A stretch of DNA of 64,000 nt from Clostridia bacterium. Its GTDB lineage: Bacteria; Bacillota; Clostridia; Oscillospirales; Acutalibacteraceae. Below, one piece after another: positions 27,460 through 35,931 of this stretch. Where the stretch lies: NCBI GenBank assembly GCA_017522205.1, contig JAFWZS010000079.1:5928-69927 (forward strand), given 5' to 3'. Within the stretch, counting starts at the first letter, position 1; every line of letters starts with the position of its first letter. Made by a program: the position numbers and the translations under genes. The notes beneath the pieces are model-generated. The model did no database searches, was not told the DNA's origin, and saw nothing but the letters and a program-made list of their open reading frames with translations.

Positions 27460-28777
27460 CGTTTTTCTCCTCTCCCACTTCTTCATTAATAACCTTGCTT
27501 CTGAACGGAGCAGGCAGCCAGTCTGTGTTGCCCCCAAGCTGAAGCTTTGAAAGCACACAGTCAGTTTCCTCAGCATAGCCTCGGACAATATCGTCAGCGA
27601 GAGCTCTGCATGAGGGTGCACCGCAGATTCCGCAGTCAAGGCCGGGAAGTGAGGCTTCAATTTTTTTAAGCTCTGACATCATACGCATAGCTTTTACAAC
27701 ATTGTCGGCAAGCTTAAGTGCCGGTGAGGGTGTAACCTCTTCGGTGAGACTTAACTCTTCAAGTTCATATTCGTTTCTGATGCTGTTGCAGGAAACGGGC
27801 ATAAACTTACGAAGGCGCTGAATTCGTGCCTTTGCCACAAAGGGATTTTCAACCGTAAGCACACCGCCTACGCAGCCGCTTGTGCAGCAGTTAAGCTCAA
27901 TGAAATCAAGGTCATTAAGCTTTTCATCTTCAAGCTCTTCGAGCACATTGATAACGTTTCTTATGCCGTCAGCAGCAAGATATCTTTCCTTTAAAAGACC
28001 TGCTGCTTCACCGCCGCTGCTTGCCCAGCCTACACCGATAATGCCCGAATCATTGATAACCTCAACATCCTCCAGTTTCAGCTTATCCATATTCTGAACA
28101 AGCTGAGGATAGATATCCTTAATTGCAATTGCACCGTCAACGCCGCTTTTACTGTATCCCAAGGGATTTTTAAGTGCCGTTCTTTTTGCAGGGCAGGGTG
28201 AAATGAAGAATACACCGATTTCTTCATCCTTAAGTCCCGTTTCCTTAATTGCTTCTTCACGTGCAATTCTTGCCGCAAAGTCAACGGGCGCAAAAAGCGG
28301 CAGAAGATTAGGGATAAGATTTGGAAAACGGATTCTGATAAGTCTTACAACTGCAGGGCAGGCGGTGGAAATAACCGGCTTTTTAAGTGTGTCGGTTTCC
28401 ATCATCATTCTCGTTGCGCTGCTTATGTATTCAGCCGCCTTGCTGACTTCAACGACCTTGTCAAAGCCCAGCCTTTTAAGTCCCGTCAGCACATAGTCAA
28501 CATTTTCAAGGTTGTTGAACTGACCGTAAAGTGCCGGGGCGGGCAGGGCAATGTTGTATTTATATTTTGTTGTTTCCTCCAGACGCTCCATAACCGCATA
28601 CTTTGCATGCTGAGGACAAACTCTTATGCACTCACCGCAGTCAATGCATCTGTCGGAGATTATGTACGCCTTTTTGTTTCTGACACGGATTGCTTCCGTG
28701 GGGCAACGTTTGATACAGTTTGTGCACCCCACACATTTTTCGTCATCAAGGCGAACTGAGTGGAATATTTTTGCCAT
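27449..28777 (-). CDS. [FeFe]-hydrogenase-like Fe-S protein (2x[4Fe-4S] ferredoxin domain + hydrogenase large-subunit C-terminal-like domain + C-terminal CxxCGxxxC Fe-S domain)
   Basis: CVGCTNCIKRCP / CIDCGECIRVCP ferredoxin motifs. H-cluster-like segments STACPAVV, ISPCPAKR and NCCTSGCVGG. C-terminal LDCGICGAPSCRALA. Confidence 0.7.
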   Translation of the reverse strand: MAKIFHSVRLDDEKCVGCTNCIKRCPTEAIRVRNKKAYIISDRCIDCGECIRVCPQHAKYAVMERLEETTKYKYNIALPAPALYGQFNNLENVDYVLTGLKRLGFDKVVEVSKAAEYISSATRMMMETDTLKKPVISTACPAVVRLIRIRFPNLIPNLLPLFAPVDFAARIAREEAIKETGLKDEEIGVFFISPCPAKRTALKNPLGYSKSGVDGAIAIKDIYPQLVQNMDKLKLEDVEVINDSGIIGVGWASSGGEAAGLLKERYLAADGIRNVINVLEELEDEKLNDLDFIELNCCTSGCVGGVLTVENPFVAKARIQRLRKFMPVSCNSIRNEYELEELSLTEEVTPSPALKLADNVVKAMRMMSELKKIEASLPGLDCGICGAPSCRALADDIVRGYAEETDCVLSKLQLGGNTDWLPAPFRSKVINEEVGEEKNDEG

Positions 28778-28796
28778 TTTGTTTTCTCCTTTTAAT

Positions 28797-29048
28797 CAGA
28801 GTTGAGAGTTGAGATGTGGGTCACTTCGTTCCGATTGTAACCCCTCTGTCATACTGCGTATGACATCTCCCCTTTCAGGGGCGACAAGTTACAGATACCG
28901 TAGGGACCGGCGACCTCGACGGTCAGAATCACAATCTGCTCTTTACCCTATACAACTTGTTTTTCTTCGCAGACTGATGCTTCATTTTTACAGAAGCATA
29001 AACCTGCGTCCTTATTTCAACTTTCTACTTTCCACTTTTTACTTTTTT
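28797..29048 (+). repeat. ORF-less palindromic element, copy C (inside an operon)
   Basis: Arms cagagttgagagttgagatgtgg (left) and ccttatttcaactttctactttccactttttactttt (right). Core motifs are gggtcacttcgttccgattgta, cctttcaggggcgacaag, ccgtaggg and cttcgcagact. Confidence 0.75.
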
Positions 29049-29053
29049 GTGGT

Positions 29054-29479
29054 TTACTCAATATTAACCGAAAGCTTCAGCGTTGTTCCAACACCAAGCT
29101 CAGTTTCAATTTCAAAGCTGTCGCTGTATTTCTTCATATTCGGCAGACCCATACCTGCTCCGAAACCAAGTGAACGGATGTTGTCGGGTGCAGTTGAATA
29201 GCCCTCCTTCATAGCAAGACTTACGTCCGCAATACCGGGGCCTTGGTCTGCGAGAACCATATTTATTTTATCTTCAGTGATTTCAACATCGATTTCACCG
29301 CCGCCTGCGTGAATAACCATATTGATTTCACCCTCATACATGGCAATTGCCACGTTTCTTATAGCATTGGGTGAGATACCCAGCTGCTTCAGAGTGCGCT
29401 TGACATCACCGGAGGCTGCTCCGGCTCTTGTAAAGTCGTCACCCGGCACTACATAGTGAAGCTTTATGCTTTCACTCAT
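29054..29479 (-). CDS. HATPase_c-type ATP-binding protein (anti-sigma-factor-kinase-like)
   Basis: G-box region LGFGAGMGLPNMKKY and GVGTTL; 141 aa. Confidence 0.7.
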   Translation of the reverse strand: MSESIKLHYVVPGDDFTRAGAASGDVKRTLKQLGISPNAIRNVAIAMYEGEINMVIHAGGGEIDVEITEDKINMVLADQGPGIADVSLAMKEGYSTAPDNIRSLGFGAGMGLPNMKKYSDSFEIETELGVGTTLKLSVNIE

Positions 29480-29826
29480 TTTCCGCTGCCTCCACGAAGT
29501 CCTTTTTCATAAAGGCGGCCGCAGGAAGTAAACATTTCAAGCTCAGTGCAGAGCATAACCATATCACGGTCCTCTGCCATTTCAATCATATCAAGTGTAG
29601 GTCTCTTGCCTCTTACAAAAACGATACAGTGCATATCCATCATTTCGGCAGTTCTTACCACCTGAGGATTTACAAGACCTGTAAGAAGAACGGCCTGCTC
29701 TTTTACAAAAGCAAGAACATCGCTCATCATATCGCTTCCGCAGGCAGAATTTACTGCTCTGTCCATAAGGTCGTCACGGCAGATGATTTCTGCCTGAAGA
29801 ATTTCTTTAATGTCGTTTACGGTCAT
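29476..29826 (-). CDS. DRTGG-domain protein
   Basis: Paralogous to 27133-27459 (LLTGLVNPQVVRTAEM.. block). 4-nt overlap with the next gene. Confidence 0.65.
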   Translation of the reverse strand: MTVNDIKEILQAEIICRDDLMDRAVNSACGSDMMSDVLAFVKEQAVLLTGLVNPQVVRTAEMMDMHCIVFVRGKRPTLDMIEMAEDRDMVMLCTELEMFTSCGRLYEKGLRGGSGK

Positions 29827-29847
29827 GATTTTTGTCTCCTTTTTATT

Positions 29848-30490
29848 AAAGTGGAAAGTTAAAAGTTGAAAGTTGAAATAAGGGTCGCTTCGCTCCGATT
29901 ATAGCCGCCTTTATTAAATTATCATTTTTAACTTTTCCCGCCAAATAATATTTGTTTTTTACGGCTCGTCATACTCATCTGTGCCACACATTGTTTTTGT
30001 TGTTGCCATAAGTATTCTTTTAAGCTCAGTGCAATCATTCTTCACAGAACAATATTCTTTTTCGTTTATATACTGAGTTTCATAAAGTAGTTCAAGCCAA
30101 TATAATGTTTCATTGCTTTCTTTAAGCGCAATATATATTTTTGCAAGAAAATCCTTTGAACTCATTGCGCATTCACTTTCTGCTATGTTCGAGCCTATGC
30201 TTGTTCCGCATCTGAGAAGTTGCTTAGATATCACATACTCTTTTTTCTCTTCGGTAAGGTATTTGTAAAGATTTATTATCCTGATAGAAAATTTAATGCT
30301 TTTTTCTTTAGCTACGTTATCTTTCACGTTTTTTTCCTTCCATATCAATTTAATCATTATGTAACCTCATCCGTCAAAAGCTCAATTGCTTCGGCGGAAC
30401 AAAAATGAAAATTCTCAGCCAAGTTGAATCGGGTATAATCGGAACGAAGTGACCCTTATTTCAACTTTTAACTCTCAACTTTCAACTTTT
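29848..30490. repeat. palindromic element, copy E: long inverted arms enclosing a four-helix-bundle gene (candidate autonomous/IVS-like cassette)
   Basis: 29848-29903 versus 30434-30490. The inner 32 nt have 2 mismatches, and the outer part is AAAGTT/GAGTT hexamer repeats. Confidence 0.8.
29959..30357 (-). CDS. four-helix-bundle protein (23S rRNA intervening-sequence protein / Avd-like family)
   Basis: RCGTSIGSNIAESECAMSSKDFLAKIYIALKESNETLYWLELL hallmark; 132 aa. Confidence 0.85.
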   Translation of the reverse strand: MIKLIWKEKNVKDNVAKEKSIKFSIRIINLYKYLTEEKKEYVISKQLLRCGTSIGSNIAESECAMSSKDFLAKIYIALKESNETLYWLELLYETQYINEKEYCSVKNDCTELKRILMATTKTMCGTDEYDEP

Positions 30491-30530
30491 TGTTTACAAA
30501 AAGCAGCCTTTTTAAGGGCCGCTTTTTTAA

Positions 30531-31121
30531 TCAGATATATTTGAAATCGGCCTTTTCGATTTCTTTTTCGATAATGTCAACGGCAAGGTTCCAAACGGTT
30601 TTACCTGCATTCACAAAGCCGTCTTTATTTTTTACTGAGCAAAGCATTGCAAAGGCTTCACCGATATTCTCTGAAAGGTTGCCGCCCTTTTGTACTGCAA
30701 GGTAGTAGAAGGTGAAGGCCGCACCGTTTTTAAGGTTGTCGTAAAAGCCGGGTGATTTCTTTTCAATGCAGTCATACATTGTTGCAATTGCCGTGGTTGT
30801 GATTATTGAAACGGGAATTTCAAACTGAAGCACGGTTTCAGCAGTAAACACAAGAAGCACCTTTATCTGATAGAGAATATCCGAAGCAAAATATCTCGGT
30901 GCAAGGTGATCCTTAAGGTCAACGATTATGCCGTCCTCACCCTTGGGAGTGATTGTTGCAAGAATTTCACCGAGCTTTCTCGCTTTATCAATATTGCCGT
31001 TGAGACGGTGTGTCATAACCTCGTCAAGTGTTCTTGAAATTTCCTTTGCACTGCTGTCAAGGTCATTTTTTGAGTTGTAAATCTTTACATCGTTTTCACT
31101 CATGGTTATCTGTCCAGACAT
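30531..31121 (-). CDS. hypothetical protein
   Basis: 196-aa ORF. No family recognised. Confidence 0.45.
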   Translation of the reverse strand: MSGQITMSENDVKIYNSKNDLDSSAKEISRTLDEVMTHRLNGNIDKARKLGEILATITPKGEDGIIVDLKDHLAPRYFASDILYQIKVLLVFTAETVLQFEIPVSIITTTAIATMYDCIEKKSPGFYDNLKNGAAFTFYYLAVQKGGNLSENIGEAFAMLCSVKNKDGFVNAGKTVWNLAVDIIEKEIEKADFKYI

Positions 31122-31162
31122 AAGTCTGTTCCTTTCTTAAGTTGGTGAACATAATCGCCAAC

Positions 31163-32035
31163 TTATTTTTCCGCTGCAGTTGCCTTGCGCTTTCTGCGCT
31201 TTTTAGCCTTATAGGAAAGAAGCTGAGAAAGTGCCTCCTCGGTAGGTCCGTATTCACCGATCTTAAGGGGATAAGCGTTGAAGCCACCGTGGAAATCACT
31301 GCCGCCCGTCATAAGCAGACCGTGCTTCTTTGCGGTTTTGATAAGTGCTTCCTGCTGCTCGGGTGTATTTTCGGGATGCCATACCTCAACACCGTCAAGG
31401 CCGAGAGGAATAAGCTCCTCAAAAAGCTCAAAATTATCGTAGAAACCGGGATGGGCAAGAACTGCAATACCGCCTGCCTCGTGAATTGCTTCAATAATTT
31501 CTGCAGGGTCGGGGTATGTAGGATCCATTGAAACATTCAAGGGTGAAGCCTTTGTGAAAAGCTTTTTGTGAAGGTCACCGAAAATTTCAGTTGTATAGCC
31601 GCATTCCATAAGAGCCTTCAGAATATGCTGCTTGAAAATATTGGTTGAGCCCTGAGCATTTCTTATAATGAAGTCTTCAGCAAGAGGAAATTTGTTGGCT
31701 ATCTTTTTAACCATGATAACTCCTGCTCTTTTTCTTAAAAGAGAGTTGCTCTTGCAAAGTCCCTCAAGACGCTCGGGTGTATCGGGAAGGTAGCAAAGGA
31801 TGTGAACCTTTGAATTTCTCTTTGCGTCCGTTGCAGAAAACTCGACACCGGGAATTACGGTTACCCCATATCTTTTGCCGATCATCTCTGCTCTTACGGT
31901 GCCGGCAAGGCAGTCGTGGTCAGTAATTGAAATTGTGGAGACACCTGAATTTTTGGCAAGAATAATTATATCATCAATGCCCATTGTGCCGTCGGAAAGT
32001 TTTGTGTGAATGTGTAAATCTGCTTTCAAAATCAA
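31163..32035 (-). CDS. PHP-domain phosphoesterase (TrpH/YciV-like)
   Basis: ADLHIHTKLSDG...ISITDHD...AHPG blocks. Confidence 0.75.
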   Translation of the reverse strand: MILKADLHIHTKLSDGTMGIDDIIILAKNSGVSTISITDHDCLAGTVRAEMIGKRYGVTVIPGVEFSATDAKRNSKVHILCYLPDTPERLEGLCKSNSLLRKRAGVIMVKKIANKFPLAEDFIIRNAQGSTNIFKQHILKALMECGYTTEIFGDLHKKLFTKASPLNVSMDPTYPDPAEIIEAIHEAGGIAVLAHPGFYDNFELFEELIPLGLDGVEVWHPENTPEQQEALIKTAKKHGLLMTGGSDFHGGFNAYPLKIGEYGPTEEALSQLLSYKAKKRRKRKATAAEK

Positions 32036-32143
32036 TTCCCCGTTTCTTTTTTTCGTGACCGTTTTCCTTTCAAATATTTGTAAATTTTCGTTTTTTGCCG
32101 AAAATAAGGTCTACTACTCTATACTACCCTATATTATACTATT

Positions 32144-32186
32144 AAAAAATTCCTTTTTCAAGATGAAAAAAGGAATTTTTGTTTTT
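32144..32186. terminator. bidirectional terminator hairpin
   Basis: aattccttttt-caagatg-aaaaaggaatt flanked by A/T runs. Confidence 0.7.
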
Positions 32187-32201
32187 ATTTATTCACTTTT
32201 T

Positions 32202-32909
32202 TTACATATTTCTGAGTAATCTTGCGAGAATATTCAGAAGAAGCTCAGTAAGGCAGCTCTCTTTTCTGTTGTTCATTTCGCGGTAGTCCTCAACCGAGCT
32301 GTCGTCTGCGTCGTCGCTGATTTTTCTTAAAGAAAGCATAGGGATTTCTGCCTTGTCGCAAACGGAAGCAATTGCCGCAGTTTCCATGTCGAAGGCCTCG
32401 ATTCCGAAGCACTCCTTATAGTAATCTTTTTTCACCTTATCTGTGAGGAAAATGTCGCCTGTACCTGTGGGTGCGGCAATAATTCCTTCACTTTGGAGGG
32501 CATAGGAAAGAAGTGTTTCGTCTGCCTTATAGATGTATCTCTGACCGTCTGCCTTTACACCGGGACCGTAGCCGATAGCCGTAAGGTCAAAGTCACATTC
32601 CACGTGGCTTGTTGCAGCAATCATATCCTCTCTTTTAAGACGTGAAACTGCACCTGAAAGTCCTGCGTTGAGGATATAGTCCGCCTTGTCCTCACCGATT
32701 AAATATGCAGTTGCTGCAGCGGCGTTGCTTTTTCCGATTCCGCACTTTACCGCAATAATTTTTATCTTGTTTTCACCTTCAGAAAGAAAGGTTACAACAC
32801 TGTCGTTTCCGTGTCTTTTTTCTTCCCTGTGTTCTTTATCCTTTATTCCCGAAAGAAAAGGTGCATATTCCATTTCATCGGCAAAAATTATGCCAACCGT
32901 CTTTTCCAT
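32202..32909 (-). CDS. mtnN: 5'-methylthioadenosine/S-adenosylhomocysteine nucleosidase family protein
   Basis: PNP/UDP-1 fold blocks (CGIGKSNAAAAT, LNAGLSGA, FDMETAAIASVC). Confidence 0.7.
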   Translation of the reverse strand: MEKTVGIIFADEMEYAPFLSGIKDKEHREEKRHGNDSVVTFLSEGENKIKIIAVKCGIGKSNAAAATAYLIGEDKADYILNAGLSGAVSRLKREDMIAATSHVECDFDLTAIGYGPGVKADGQRYIYKADETLLSYALQSEGIIAAPTGTGDIFLTDKVKKDYYKECFGIEAFDMETAAIASVCDKAEIPMLSLRKISDDADDSSVEDYREMNNRKESCLTELLLNILARLLRNM

Positions 32910-33136
32910 TTTCTTTTTTCTTCCTTTCGCTTCTTTTTCTCTGTTTTATGATTTTACCACAGCTTATGCTCTTATGTCAACGAAATCACGGATGCATAAA
33001 ATAAAATAGGGGGAAATATCCGCCGAACGTTTTTCCGGTGCATTTCTGCCTTGACCTGCCGGAAGCTGCACTTTTAAAAAGGTGTGCGTTCTGCTTAATA
33101 TATATGAGATAAAGTTCATATTTTTCTCAAAATCCA

Positions 33137-33165
33137 TTGCATAAACTTCTTGTTTCTGTTATAAT
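33137..33165 (+). promoter_or_regulatory. sigma-A promoter candidate
   Basis: TTGCAT-17 nt-TATAAT. Confidence 0.55.
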
Positions 33166-33210
33166 GTGTAAAGTTAAATAGTAAATTATACTTAAAGGAG
33201 TTTCAGAATA

Positions 33211-33567
33211 ATGAAAAAAACCAACAAAATTTTTGTTTATGCAATTTGTATTCTTCTCTCTGCACTTATTGCATCTGCAACACTTATGGCAGGAGCAACA
33301 GACACTGTCGCTGAAGAAACAACCGCATCAACACTTCCGTCTATCTCAACGGTTACAACCACACAAAAAGAAATTGATGAGATTGTGGAAGACTTTATCA
33401 GTGACAAAGGTCTTGACGACGACCTTTCAGAAATGGGCGATGACATCAGAGATTTCAGTGGCGGCGCTTCAACTTTCCTTCATAATCTCATTGAAGTTTT
33501 TGAAGATATCCGTTTTGCAATTGTTAAGTTCATTGAGCAGGTTTTCAAGTTTGATTTCATTAAATAA
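33211..33567 (+). CDS. small secreted hypothetical protein
   Basis: Signal peptide and an AAGGAG RBS. The overlapping +2 frame ORF (33233) has neither. Confidence 0.5.
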   Translation: MKKTNKIFVYAICILLSALIASATLMAGATDTVAEETTASTLPSISTVTTTQKEIDEIVEDFISDKGLDDDLSEMGDDIRDFSGGASTFLHNLIEVFEDIRFAIVKFIEQVFKFDFIK

Positions 33568-33667
33568 TTCTGCCTGTTGTTTTTTCCGGTGATACAGAGG
33601 TATTGCCGGATTTTTCTGTCCAATAATATAAAGTGACAGTTACTCTTTTTTATAACTCTCTGAAAGG

Positions 33668-35053
33668 ATGAAAAAAGTGAAAGACTCTTTCCGCTCAGCT
33701 TTGCCTTACTATAAAAGAATGCTCACTATTGCCGTACCGATTATGATACAGTCCGGCATTACCAATTTTGTCAGCATGATTGACAACGTTATGGTGGGCA
33801 GGGTAGGCACCTTGCAGATGACCGGCGTTTCAATAGTCAATCAGATAATTATGGTGTTCAACCTCTGCATTTTCGGCGCAATGTCCGGTGCAGGTATTTT
33901 TACCGCACAGTATTACGGCAAAAAGGATAACGACGGCATAAGAAACACGGTGCAATATAAAATTATCACTGCCCTTATTATTTCCGCTTTCGGCATCGGA
34001 GCCTTCGTTTCAATGGGTGATTTTCTCATAAATGCCTATCTTCAGGGTGAGGGCTCACCGGAGGATATATCCCTCGTTTCAGAGTATGCAAGAGGCTATC
34101 TTCAGATTATGCTTTTAGGTATTGTTCCCTTTGCTCTTTCAAATGCATATTCTTCATCCTTAAGAGAAACAAGCGACAGAATTATTCCTATGATTGCCAC
34201 AATTTCTGCCGTTTTCACAAATTTCATTCTCAACTACTGTCTCATTTTCGGTAACTTCGGCTTTCCCCGTCTCGGTATAAAGGGTGCGGCAATTGCAACG
34301 GTTATTTCCCGTTTTGTTGAGCTTTTCATTCTTATGCTTTGGTCACATACTCACACAAAAAAATACCCCTTCATAAAAAAGCTTTATTTAAAAACTACTA
34401 TGACAAGAGAGGAAATAAGAAAAATTACACTTATTACTCTGCCTCTCATCATCAACGAAACCCTTTGGGCAGGGGGTATGGCTTTCCTTAATCAGTGCTA
34501 CAGTATAAGAGGTCTTGACGTTGTGGCGGCAATCAACATTGTTTCCACTCTCAGCAATGTTTTCAATGTTGTTTTTATTTCATCGGGCAGTGCCATCGGT
34601 ATAATTATGAGTCAGCTTCTCGGTGCAAAAAAGGTAAAGGAAGCAAAGGAAAACAGCATGAGGCTTATCTGGTTTTCCGTTTTTCTCGCTTTTATTATCG
34701 GAGTTGTTATGGCGCTTTTCTCACCCTTCTTCCCGAAAATTTATAACACCACCGATTCGGTACGCACTCTTGCAACAGAGCTTCTCTTTATTCTCAGCAT
34801 TTTTATGATGGTTCACGCCTTTACAAACGGCAGCTATTTCACCCTGCGCTCAGGCGGAAAAACCGTTATGACCTTTATTTTCGACAGCGGCTTTGTGTGG
34901 CTTTGCAGCGTTCCCGTGGCTTTCATTCTCAGCAGATTCACCGGTGTTTCAATTATTTATCTTTACATCACCGTTCAGGCTCTTGACCTTCTTAAATGTG
35001 TTCTCGGTTACATTTTTGTGAAAAAAGGCGTGTGGCTTAACACGGTGGTATAA
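33668..35053 (+). CDS. MATE-family efflux transporter
   Basis: 12 TM segments and the N-terminal PIMIQSGITNFVSMIDNVMVGRVG motif. Confidence 0.85.
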   Translation: MKKVKDSFRSALPYYKRMLTIAVPIMIQSGITNFVSMIDNVMVGRVGTLQMTGVSIVNQIIMVFNLCIFGAMSGAGIFTAQYYGKKDNDGIRNTVQYKIITALIISAFGIGAFVSMGDFLINAYLQGEGSPEDISLVSEYARGYLQIMLLGIVPFALSNAYSSSLRETSDRIIPMIATISAVFTNFILNYCLIFGNFGFPRLGIKGAAIATVISRFVELFILMLWSHTHTKKYPFIKKLYLKTTMTREEIRKITLITLPLIINETLWAGGMAFLNQCYSIRGLDVVAAINIVSTLSNVFNVVFISSGSAIGIIMSQLLGAKKVKEAKENSMRLIWFSVFLAFIIGVVMALFSPFFPKIYNTTDSVRTLATELLFILSIFMMVHAFTNGSYFTLRSGGKTVMTFIFDSGFVWLCSVPVAFILSRFTGVSIIYLYITVQALDLLKCVLGYIFVKKGVWLNTVV

Positions 35054-35107
35054 CCCCACTTGATTAATACATCAGAATTTGATATAATAACCCACGAGGT
35101 GTTAAAT

Positions 35108-35482
35108 ATGAAAATTCAGCAGTCAGCAGAAAATTATCTTGAAACAATTTTTGTCCTGACTAAAAGAAACGGTATTGTCCGTTCGGTGGATATTGCAAAT
35201 GAACTGGGTTTTTCAAAGCCCAGCGTCAGCATTGCTATGAAATCGCTGAGAGAAAACGGCTATATTGAGGTTATGGGTGACGGTCATATTGCTCTTCTCG
35301 AAAAGGGAAAAATAATCGCAGAAAAGCTTTATGAACGCCATACGGTACTTACAAACGCCATTGTTGCTCTCGGAGTAAGCGAAGAAATTGCTGCAGAGGA
35401 TGCCTGCAAAATTGAGCATATTATTTCAGAGGAAACCTTTGATGCAATAAAAAAACATTATAACACAAACATAAAAGCCTGA
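35108..35482 (+). CDS. DtxR/MntR-family metal-dependent transcriptional regulator (short form)
   Basis: SAENYLETIFVL...SVDIANELGFSKPSVSIAMKSLRENGYI. ATG 35108 follows a GAGGTG RBS. Confidence 0.8.
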   Translation: MKIQQSAENYLETIFVLTKRNGIVRSVDIANELGFSKPSVSIAMKSLRENGYIEVMGDGHIALLEKGKIIAEKLYERHTVLTNAIVALGVSEEIAAEDACKIEHIISEETFDAIKKHYNTNIKA

Positions 35483-35498
35483 GAACAAAACTCAGGCT
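35476..35498. terminator. bidirectional hairpin between convergent genes
   Basis: agcctgag-aacaaaa-ctcaggct. Confidence 0.55.
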
Positions 35499-35773
35499 TC
35501 ATCTTTTTTTATAAACATTTTTTCGGGATGATCAGCAAGAGCAAGAAGCTCAGAGGGTTCCATACCTAAAGCATCTGCAATGTTGAAGAAAATTTCTAAG
35601 GAAAATGGAGTTACCATTTTCGGTGCTTCAATTGTGCTTAGATGTGTTCTGCTTATGTTTGCTTTTTCAGCAAGCTGTTCTTGTGACATTCCAAGTAATC
35701 TTCTATAAGTTCCAATAGCAATTCCCAACTGTATAAATCTGTCTCTGTTAAGTAAATTTGGTTCTTTTTTCAT
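35492..35773 (-). CDS. XRE-family helix-turn-helix transcriptional regulator
   Basis: LGMSQEQLAEKANISRTHLSTIE HTH; 93 aa. Confidence 0.8.
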   Translation of the reverse strand: MKKEPNLLNRDRFIQLGIAIGTYRRLLGMSQEQLAEKANISRTHLSTIEAPKMVTPFSLEIFFNIADALGMEPSELLALADHPEKMFIKKDEA

Positions 35774-35840
35774 ATAATCACCTTCTATAAGATAATTATA
35801 TTTTTTAAATCATTTTATACTGCTAATAATTTAAAGCTGT

Positions 35841-35869
35841 TGACAAGTACAGTTTGCAGTAATATAATA
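35841..35869 (+). promoter_or_regulatory. consensus sigma-A promoter for SLOG-like gene
   Basis: TTGACA-17 nt-TATAAT, followed by repeated TAATTTGC motifs (possible operator). Confidence 0.6.
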
Positions 35870-35931
35870 TAATTGTAATTTGCTATTTTTATTTTTAATT
35901 TGCAAAAAATATTTAACAAGGAGTTGCTTAT

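Noticed and set aside
27460-27660. Long form (175 aa) of the DRTGG ORF 27133-27660
   Set aside because: The first 67 codons overlap the 3' end of the hydrogenase-like gene in another frame. A strong RBS precedes the internal MKVKELS start, so the short form was adopted.
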